Below the pieces are notes generated by a model, which worked only from the letters and a program-made list of their open reading frames with translations, searched no databases and had not been told where the DNA came from. The translations under genes and the position numbers were made by a program. DNA of 61,694 nucleotides, counting the filler, from Nemertoderma westbladi (taxonomy: Eukaryota; Animalia; Xenacoelomorpha): assembly GCA_032718475.1 (NCBI GenBank). It is 3 parts of 3 records of this genome, joined end to end, with 100 filler letters (N's around TTAATTAATTAA, not from the genome) between each part and the next. Parts side by side here need not be neighbours in the genome. Positions count along the whole stretch, not along the records: positions 46,632 to 61,694 come from JAUCBJ010001586.1; 2 more parts are not named here. One strand, given 5' to 3'. Below, in pieces: positions 51,957 to 61,694 of the stretch; positions within the stretch are counted from its first letter, which is position 1; the number at the start of each line of letters is the position of its first letter.

Positions 51957-52699
51957 GATATGGTACAGTATGAATACATATATGGTGTTGATGAAGGGAC
52001 ATTTTATATTTTTATTATTTTTCTGACTCAAAAAAACAGTCAACAATGTGAGAATTCAATCTTTGAGATTTCAGGAGACAGGGGGGGGGGGGGGGGGGGG
52101 GAACTCGACGCAAAACCCGCCTTGCGAATTAATATCCCGCCTCAATGTTAAATTCTCAATTTAGGGAAAGGAGCAGGTTACAGTGGCACGTTATTTTAAC
52201 CAAAACAATAAACTAAACACAATAGAGCAGGTTACAGTTTTATTATTGAAAGTAATCAGCTGTTATTTGCGTCGAATTTCCCCTGGAGAGGGATGAATTT
52301 TTATTGCGTCCAGTTTCCACCCCCCCCCCCTCCCCCTATCTGGATTTCAGTGGTAAAACTCGATCTTGCATTATAAACGACGCTAAAAACTCGGATATAA
52401 ACATTTAAGCGACTTTGAAAACTCAATGATGACTTTTAAGAATTTAATCTTGAAGGTCGGCTTGTCAACACATAAAATAAAACAGTATAGTATGTTAGCA
52501 AAGAAATTCAGTTCTATTTATTTTAAATAATTAATTGTTACATCATTTGCCGCTTCTGGGCGGTTTGTGGGTTGTATTTTGTGGATATTGTAATTAAATA
52601 TATACTGGCTATGATATTATATTGATATTGATGTTTACAAAGGAGTGATCATGCATAATAAGTAATTTAATAAATTTGCAACGGATCGCGTATGCACAT

Positions 52700-52927
52700 C
52701 CCCTAGCGAACAGCAAAGATCTGGTATATTCATAGTTAATCTGTAATGTTCTTACATGATCAGTGACTCCCTGCAAAGATCTGGGATGTACATAGAAAAT
52801 CTGTAAGGATCTTAGACGATCAGTGCCTCCCCTGCAAAGATCAGAATCTGAAGTGCCAAGATCTTACAAAGAATGTTAACAAATCTTATCAAGATCTTTT
52901 CAGATTTCGCATGTTGCAAGACTAGGG
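52700..52927. mobile_element. Possible EnSpm-like MITE
   Basis: CCCTAG...CTAGGG ends and several internal aagatct subrepeats; TSD unclear. Confidence 0.35.
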
Positions 52928-55276
52928 TAGGTCTTTAAAAACAACAATGATGAATGAAATAGGCCTACACGGGGTACCCGAACCGGAACTTCCTCGATGA
53001 GATGCGAATGCGGCGAACGGGGGTGGTACCCGGAACAACCACGAAGAGATGCGCATATGGCGGGCGGTGGTACCCGAAACAACCAGGAGGAGATGCGAAT
53101 ACGTCGAATGAGGGTACCCTGAATACCCACGAGACGGAGCCTATCAATACTACAGTACTGACAAAGGAAAAAACGACTGAACGATATACCCATACATACT
53201 GTAGATCTTATATGATCCTGTGGGTTCAGGCATGGAGGCTAATGACTTTGTATGGGCCGAACGGCCCGAACCTGATGTTTCCAGTCAAGGAGGAATCGAC
53301 TAACGGTTAGGGTTAGAGCTCGTCGTCGGTGTCCATGAGGGTCTGCTGAGGATGAGTGGGTAATTCAACAAAACGCTAACAATGATACCGGACTGACTGA
53401 TTGAACCAGAGTGGCGATGGTAGTCGCTGATGTATATATATTATATATATCATGTATTGATTGTTAGTAGATATTTTTTTATAGTATTTGTTTATTAAAT
53501 TGTCTTCAATGTCTATATTGATAATATTGTGTGCTGTGCTGATTTTACTTATTTTTCATTTTATAAATCTTGCTGTGGTCGTTTTAATCTACTATAAACT
53601 GCCGTATCAATTTCATGATATTTTAATGGATATGCAATTTAACTTCTTCTTTCTATTAACTTTCAATGCAATCAAATATAACTGTAAAGCTATTGACTTT
53701 CGTGTTATTGTTTTGCTGTTACTTCGAGATGGGATTTTAATCTGTGAATCCCATCGGATTACTGATTAATTCCCATCATCGAGATGGGAATACTTTATAA
53801 TGAAACAGTGTGGTGGTCCGCGGGATAGTCTGATAGTGGGAAGGGATGGGACCGTTGCTGGTTGGTGGAATGTGACTGCCTGAAAAATTAAAACAAACAA
53901 AACTTCCAGACTTCTATATTTTTACTTTCAAAACAAAACGTCCAAAACATTTCAATGCTGAAGTACTGTTCAAGTCCCATGGATGTATGGTTGATAAACA
54001 GATAAAGAGGGGCAGAGGGGGGTCAGGGTTTCTGGTAGACTACAGTATAGTCCCCGCGATGATGGCTGTTCTTGTTTAGGTTACTCTTACTCAATAAACA
54101 TCAGAACGAGTTAATCTAATGGAACGATGCCTTTCGTGGCGTTAGCATACTCAAATTTATTAGGGCATAATATTTATGACGAGTAAGGGACTTTAGTATA
54201 ATCAGAACGCGATGTTTGATATTTATACAGTACTGCAGTAAAACCTGTTGTCTGACAGCAGACAGGTCTGCAGGTTGATGTACCGTATTGTACCGTGGAG
54301 ATCAGAGATTATTGCCATACATCCTGATTGACGACCGTGTATCACGTTACTGCAAGTGGACACATAAATTACATTAATATCTATGGGACTACACCTACCT
54401 ACATTCACCCTACACGTGCATCTACATGTAGGCTACACATACCTACATGAAGCCTCTATGTAGGCTATACCTCTACGCAAAAGATATACCCAGTGTCGAG
54501 TGTATAGTGTAAGCTGTAAGGCAATCAGTGTATGGTAGTATGGCAATGGCATGTATAGTATAAGCAGATAAGTGTACCGGTAGCGCGTTAGGTCAGTAGG
54601 CTGGTAGCAGGGTAGATTAGATATAGATAATGTACAGTCAGATACGCATGCTGCGAGATACAGAGATAGGCTAGAGATTGGTTATTTATGACACAGCCAG
54701 ACAATGTCTGAATGTAAATATAGGATAGGCCTACATTAACATTACATGCAGACATAGGCCTACCAATCAGCTAATACAATACGGAATAGGAATAGGCCTA
54801 CCCGTACCAGCATACAGGTAATCGGTAAATACTGAAATATGGCTGTACAGCTGTATGCCAGGTATGGCAGTATGGCAGTATTACAACTGTACAATTACTG
54901 AATTAGGCCATTTTATTAGGAGGCCTACCTGCCTACACTACAGTATTAGGCCAACAATTACCTGAATACAGAATTCAGGAATTACATATCAGTCTGGGAA
55001 ATTAGCCCAATAGGGAAACTTATTTATTTCCCTATAGGGAAATTTGTGTTTTCCTATAGCAGTATAGGGAAATCAAAGTTTTCCCTATACAGCTAGGCCT
55101 ATAGGGAAATTATGCAAATCTTGGTTTTTAATTAATTTTACATGATTTTTCTGTTTTTATTTATTTTAGACTGTAGCCTACACTTCTTGTTTTCTGTTTT
55201 AATAATAATGAATAATATTAAGTCTGTAAGTGCTTTGATTCAAAATATATTGAATATTGGTACACTACCAGACTAC

Positions 55277-57025
55277 GGAGGTAGAATAAAACGTCTGTCC
55301 TTATCTGATCTGATCTGATCTGATCTGACAGCATCTGATCCTATAACCAATCAGGAGAAAGAGATATAATATTTACCTAACTGTCTGTTAGGTAAATAGC
55401 CAATAGCTGATTAGGGGATCACGTTTCAGGTTGCCTGTTACGTATCAGTATCATCATATGAAGTAGCAGTACAGGCATACTGGTATGCATCTAAATGCAC
55501 AAAGGCATGTTATTATATATTGAAAATGCGATATAGGATGAAGGATGGCGGGTATGAAAGTTGTGTGATTGTCCCAGCAAAGATGGTGGATAGTTTCAGA
55601 TATAAACAACTTTCGTAGATTTTAGTCTGTTAGTTGGTGTTGAAACATTAAACTTTTATTAAAAACAATACAGCATTTGCTGCAATATTTTTTTCGTAAA
55701 TCTTTCTTGTTAATAGTTATCATTATTAATGGTTAATGTTAATTATATTAATTATAATTAATATTATTAATTAAGTACGGTAATGATTCTTATTAATATA
55801 TTACATTTAAAATATGTATGAAATTTAAGAATTTTATTAATTTTACTATTTATTAAAGAATATGGGAAGGTGGATGGGAATGTGGAAATTTATAAACACT
55901 TATTACCTTCCAATTGAAGGAAAAGAGCAGGTTACAGCGGCTGTAATTTCTAACCAAAACAATAAACGACGTTGTTACCTACAAATTGAGGGAAAGGAGC
56001 AGGTTACCGAGACAGGGTTTTCTAACCAAAACAATAAACGATTTTGTTACCTACCAATTGAGGGAAAGGAGAATATGTTACCGCGGCGGCTTGTTTACAC
56101 AGTTACACCCGTCACCTTCTTACTAACCGTCCTACTGACTGATCAATAGATAATCCCCCTCAAAAAATAAAGGACATCGCGCACGCGCATAAAACACTTA
56201 ATAAAGATAAATTTAATAAAAAATATCGACCAATAAAAAATCGACCGAAAAATGAAATCCTGGTATTCTTCGCATGGGCGAAGAATACCAGACTTTCTGC
56301 CGTTTTATTTCACTTTGCAGTTACCCCTATGTGAAGAATACCAGGTTTTCACCAAAAACACAGGTTACAGAAGGGCTGAATATAACCAAAACAATAAACG
56401 AATTAGTATATGTGCAGGTTATAAGACATAAATAAGCTCTATAATACACTCAATAAAGATAAATTAAAAAAGAATTAAAATCTTCAAATATAAAATTCCA
56501 ATAAAAGTCGACCGAAAAGTGAAATCCTGGTATTCTTCACATGGGCGGTATTCTTCACATGGACCGACACCAAAATTTGGCACCAGCCGCTAAAAACAAA
56601 TTTAAAATTTCTAGCTTATTATATTTGAATTCCTTTTAGTTAGTTTCATTTAGTCTTTTAGTTAGTATCGTTAGTTTCAGAGCGGGAAGTATTATATTGA
56701 CACCCCCCCCCCCCCCCCTGGGTTTAAGGGGAATACCGGGCTGCCGGGGAAACTTCACATGCTGACATAGGCAGAAAGTCCAGTACTCATTTAGCTACCA
56801 TTTAAGGATGCAAGGCAGAGATGCCTCGCTAAACCCTTCAAAACATTCGTGCCGAAACGAAAACTACCTTGGCCCCATGCCGGGGTTGAACCCACAACCT
56901 CCAAGAGATGTGAATTCAATATAACCACTACACCAAGGTGCGCTCTGAACCAAGGTGGAACAAGTATCAGATACCGTCAGATCAGATCAGATCAGATCAG
57001 ATAAGGACAGACGTTTTAGCCATCC
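55277..57025. mobile_element. Mutator-like non-autonomous TIR element
   Basis: ~60-bp TIRs with aaaacgtctgtccttat(ctgat)n; flanking direct repeat tac(c)agactac of 10-11 bp. Confidence 0.65.
56720..56940 (-). mobile_element. Diverged tRNA-derived SINE
   Basis: Minus strand tggtgtagtggtt (A box)...gggttcaacccc (B box)...ctctgccttgcatcct...aaatgagtactgg, the same central domain type as 51717. Confidence 0.6.
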
Positions 57026-57937
57026 TACAGACTACGTACACTTCATTTATAGGCCTATTTGAATTTATACACGTCATTTACTTTTAATCAGAGGTTGTTT
57101 ATTTTCATCAAAAACATCACCTCCCCTTAGGCCCTACAATATTCCTTCACCTTTTATGGCAAGTCTTTTTTGGATTTTGTTTGTGCTGAGATTAATGTGC
57201 ACGAAGGTCCAAAGTTTATTGTAACCTGTATTTATAGATCGACCTCGTCCAGTGATGTAGGTAAATAACAGAATAATGCCCACTTACATTGGTTAATTGA
57301 TCATTTGATTGGTTGTACTGGTACTGATACGAGTAGTGAGTTGCTAATAATCGGAGATTTTAATTTCCCTGAAATTAACTGGCAGACATTCTGACATTAA
57401 CTGTATTGTGCAAATCTCGACCGTTTGAACGTGCATTTTTAACCTTCTTTTTAGATAAACTTTTAGATAGATGATAGACACCTAACTCAACATGTTTATG
57501 AGCCTACCCGGTTTTCAACCGAGGGTACCGATTCAATACTTGATTTATTTTTTACAAAAGGTGGGTAAATCAGACCATGGTGTAGTTTATGGTCAATTGA
57601 AAATACTTTCAGTACCCCCTGAACCCAGATCATCTCACTTCCGGTATGACAGTGCTGATTATGAGGGCTGGCGTGTCTCATTGAGAGACGTTGTCCCTTG
57701 GGGTGAGCGGTTTGCTGAAAAGTCAACTAATGAAGCGTGGAACGACCTGAAATCTGAACTCTTATCCGGTCAAGGTGTTTTCGTCCCAACCACTAGTAGT
57801 AGGGCAAATAGCTATAGGCCTAAGCAACCATGGATGACTCATTCAGTGATCACCGCTGTAAAACGGAAACAGGAAACGGCTGAACGGAACCGTGATCGAT
57901 ATGTCCGTGCTAGACAGTTTGCTGGAAGGGTGTGTTG

Positions 57938-59186
57938 CAGTGGCGGATCTAAGGGGGGGGCTAAGGGGCTTTAGCCCCCCCCTTTTAAAAAAATACATAA
58001 GTAATGATAAAGAAAATTTTTACTGATTTATACAGTAGCACAGTTCCAATAAGCTGCCCTTTGAGAAAAGGGTCATTTTTATATTCTCTTTTTTGAAAAA
58101 GTACTCTCAGGCAAGGTAAAATTTGTCAAAGTTACATTAGCAGCCCGACCAGATTGGATTCACATAATCCCATGCCTCCTGTGGTCTAAGAAAAAGTAAT
58201 AAACCTTCTCCACCTTCTGATCTCTACTGTAGTTAGCCCCAGCCTCTTTACAAATAAATCCCCCCAGTCTTCCATCCCATGATACTTGATTTTTTACTAG
58301 CTAGTAATTTTTGGAAATTATTTTGGTCATTAATATATTCTTCAATGAAATGAATAATTTCTAAAAATACTAGCTAGCAAAAAGATTTTTTATCGTATAA
58401 TGCTAGTATTTTTTAAAAATTTTTTTTAAAAAGTGTCGCTCACTAGTTTCATGGAAACAACACATTCTAGAACATTTTATAATGTATTAGCTAGTTATAA
58501 TGTTTCCAAATGAACGATTGAACTTTCGTGAGCTTGTTGTAGCTACTAGTACATAGCTACAGTTGTAGCTAGTAGTTATAATTATATAGCAGAAAATATG
58601 ACAGCAAGTATATTTCAAACAATAAATAATTGTTAGCTAACTGGTAATATGCAGTAAAACTGAATTACACTTACCCAAAAAATGGGGAAAATGGGGCCCT
58701 AATACCGAAAAAGTGCCCAAAGGTGCTTAAGAACACCCCCCCCCCCCAAATTTATCATCGCAATGCGGAATTTCCGACATTATTGCCATAAGGCCCGAAT
58801 GGCCGTCAATGACATTCCCACGAGCCACTTTTTATAATATAGATGTATGCCATATATTTATGCCATTATTAATATTTATGCCAAGCGACAAAATCGTCGC
58901 ATACAATTAATTTAGAAATTTTCACTATGCCTAGCTAGCGTATTCAGATAGTGGTCCAATAATTATCCGCAAGTGAAAAAGTGATCTCCTGCACAAATTG
59001 ACCGCAGGTGAAATAAAGTGTCATTTTGCGCCCATTAATTTACTCATTGTATCATATCATCTATTACAATAAATGTCTGATTTTGTTTGTTTTGGTTATA
59101 TTTTAATATTTATAATTAAATACATTTGATTGTTACTATGAAAAATTTTAAGCCCCCCCCTTAAGAAATTCCTGGATCCGCCCCTG
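57938..59186. mobile_element. hAT-type non-autonomous element nested in the LINE
   Basis: TIRs cagtggcggatc / gatccgcccctg; 8-bp TSD gtgtgttg at 57930-57937 and 59187-59194; excision restores AGRVCWKAKRDHEEQIA. Confidence 0.9.
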
Positions 59187-59451
59187 GTGTGTTGGAAAGC
59201 TAAAAGGGACCATGAGGAACAAATAGCCGAACTTTCCAGCTCGAACCCGAATGTTTTTTGGAAATATGTAAATTCCAAAAGGAAAAACAGGTGCCCCTTA
59301 GCGTTAGGGCCACTTCGTAGTCAGAACGAAACTGTGAGTTCGGAGTCAGGGATGGCCGAAATCTTCAGTGAGACATTTGCTGCGGTTTTCTCCAACGATG
59401 AGGACATTCCGAGTGGGTAGGCCTATTGCCCGGACACTAGTCACATAGGGG

Positions 59452-59463
59452 TTATTATTATTA

Positions 59464-59493
<30 letters not shown>
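59452..59493. repeat. (TTA)n microsatellite within a second insertion block in the LINE
   Basis: Directly visible. Confidence 0.9.
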
Positions 59494-59494
<1 letters not shown>

Positions 59495-61694
59495 AAAGTT
59501 ACAGGAACAAGAAAGTTGAGAACTTATAGGGTCCCATAAATCACGATATGTAAGCGGAAATTAAATGGGCTAAGTGTCTAGCATCAATAAGCTAAACTTG
59601 GAACCACCATTATACTATCAGCTGGCTATGATGCTACTACTGCTCAAATTTTGGCGCCCCTTGGAAGGTGCCCCCCTTCTGCACGCCACTGCACGTTTCG
59701 GAAACAAGCTACAGTTCGAAGAAGAAAACTTTGAAGAAAATTTCCCAATTTTTTCCCGAATTCCCAAAGTTCCAGAATTTTACAAAAATATCAGTGTTTT
59801 ATAATGGATATCTCCGGGTAGTAACTAAATTTTGAAAAAAAATAGAAGTCTTTTCCCAGAGAGGTCTGTTTTTGAGCAAGTCGGTACCCACTGGTACGGA
59901 TTTACCACATTACCTTTCGCTAGGGAGGGGGCAAGCCCCCCCCCCCCCCCCAAGATACCTGCGGAGGGGCAGATGCCCCCTTGCCCCCCCCCCCCCCCCC
60001 TAGAACCGCCACTGTCTACCGAGCATCACCATCCTGTCCCATACAGCCATAATAACTTCGTAGCGGCTTTGTGTCGACGGTCGAAAAATGGCCATACAGT
60101 AGTGCTTTTTTTCTGACCTTCGTCCTGGAACCCTACGCAGCCGGGTACTATATAGCTATACACCGGCTTTCATTGCAGTAAAGAAAAGTGTAGGCGCCGT
60201 ATAACCGCGGTATAATCAGTTTTCAGATCTAGCTCCTCTACTAATTTATTATGCCCTATATTAATTAAATAAAACACCGCAAAGATAGGTGGAATATTCT
60301 GATATTCAATTAAAGGGATATTGCGTTAGAGAAACTGTGATAGGCAAAACAGAAGTAGGCCTAAGCAGCTAGGCTTGTACAGTCTGCAGTCTGACAGTTG
60401 TAGCTAGAATAATTGCTGAATTGCATCGGATCGGACGGCATCTGACATATAATTCTACCTCACTTGCCGTTCCGTGTAACAGTATATTTCGATGATCCTT
60501 TGACACTGGTGAGGTACCAGACGATTGGAATATAGCAATTATTAATCCTCTGCTCAAGAAACCCCTGAAACACAATCCTGAGAATTACCGGCCCATCTCT
60601 CTCACGTGCATCTTGGCTAAGGTTTGTGAAAAGTTTATCAGAGATGCTATGGTTTATCATTTCGAATCAAATGATCTGTTCACAGATTGACAGCATGGTG
60701 GTAGGTCCCACCGATCCACGGTTACTCAACTATTGGAAGTACTAGAAGATTTCTGTTCCTATGTAGACGATTTACACACTCTTGGTGCCGATGTAGTATA
60801 TCTTGACCTGCGACGTGCATTTGATACGGTATCACATAAGTTGCTTCTCCAAAAGTTGAATGCGTACGGGATCAAGGGTAACGTGGCTGTGTTGGTCTGC
60901 AATTTTCTCACTGACCGTACGCAGTGCGTGCGTACGTGTAAACGGGGTACTGAGTGGGTATCGAGTGGTTTCCAGTGGTGTGCCGCAAGGTACGGTGACC
61001 GCGCCAATTCTGTTCTTGATATTTGAGAATGATATTCCGGATATGGTATCGTCGATTTGCAAAATCTTTGTTGATGACACCAAAATTTATAGGTCAATCC
61101 ATAGTTCAGTGGATCTTGATATTCTCCAGACCGATCTAGACCCGCTTGTCGATTGGGCTAGTTGTTGGCATCTCCATTTCAACCCTTCAAAATGTAAGGT
61201 GATTCATCTAGGGCGTGAGAATCCTCAGTATTCATACTTATTGAATGGCAACGTTCTAGAAACTGTTAGTGAAGAAAAAGAGTTCCAACTTGTCGTTTTC
61301 AACTCATTGTACCACCATCGCTGCCCGAGTGGCCCGAATTCTTAACCTTAAGCACACGTTTACATTTATGGAACCACAAATGTTTTTAAACCTGTATCGA
61401 TCCATTATACGTCCCCCTCTTGAGTACGCTACTGTTGTTTGGTGCCCCTACCAACAGAAAGACATAGAGTTAATAGAACGAGTTCAACATCGTGCTACCA
61501 AAATTGTTCCTTCCCTTCAAGATATGATGTACGAAGAACGCCTCTGGTCACTTGGTATACCTACATTCTGACATTGATATACAGAAGGATTCGAGCCGAT
61601 ATGATAAATACATACAAGTTTGTTCATAGGATTGATAGGGTCGACTTAAGTAAGTTCTTTGAATTCAAAAACTCCCACGCTACCCGAGGGTCAT

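Larger units (their letters stand above)
57180..61694 (+). mobile_element. Degenerate CR1-group LINE ORF2 (APE + RT), interrupted by insertions, running off the window
   Basis: CIYRS, IIGDFNFPEINW, GKSDHGVV, PWMT, NPNVFWKYVN, NYRPISLTCI, YLDLRRAFDTVSH, SGVPQGTV, FVDDTKIY, FNPSKCKVIHLG; stops and frameshifts. Confidence 0.9.

Noticed and set aside
24780-61694. NMD3 and everything downstream as nested in a giant PMCA intron
   Set aside because: Separated by artificial spacers of unknown true size; the 36-bp array implies the next PMCA exon lies right at the gap, so adjacency is unproven

Overview
Eukaryotic (metazoan-like) genomic DNA in three contigs joined by two artificial 100-bp spacers (N44-TTAATTAATTAA-N44 at 24680-24779 and 46532-46631). 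Contig 1 holds the 3' eight coding exons (1698 nt, 565 aa + stop, all GT-AG, frame-consistent) of a plasma-membrane Ca2+-ATPase (PMCA/ATP2B) on the minus strand. Six of its eight introns are inflated by intron-specific minisatellites (53/55, 35, 25, 44, 40 and 36 bp units). Five arrays sit at a splice junction (one inferred). Four of them multiply the splice site itself, three together with adjacent exon sequence, so the real site lies among roughly 10 to 280 decoys whose use would give frameshifts or stops. Contig 2 has an orphan intronless coiled-coil ORF, an intronless NMD3 gene, a ~4.4-kb foldback element and a head-to-tail array of Helentron/DINE-1-like non-autonomous rolling-circle elements from two subfamilies with co-varying terminal structures. 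Contig 3 has a decayed EnSpm/CMC-like transposon with a BEN-like accessory gene, tRNA-derived SINEs, MITEs and a degenerate CR1-type LINE with nested insertions. Coordinates and copy numbers were counted by eye, and family assignments come from motif recall, not database searches.
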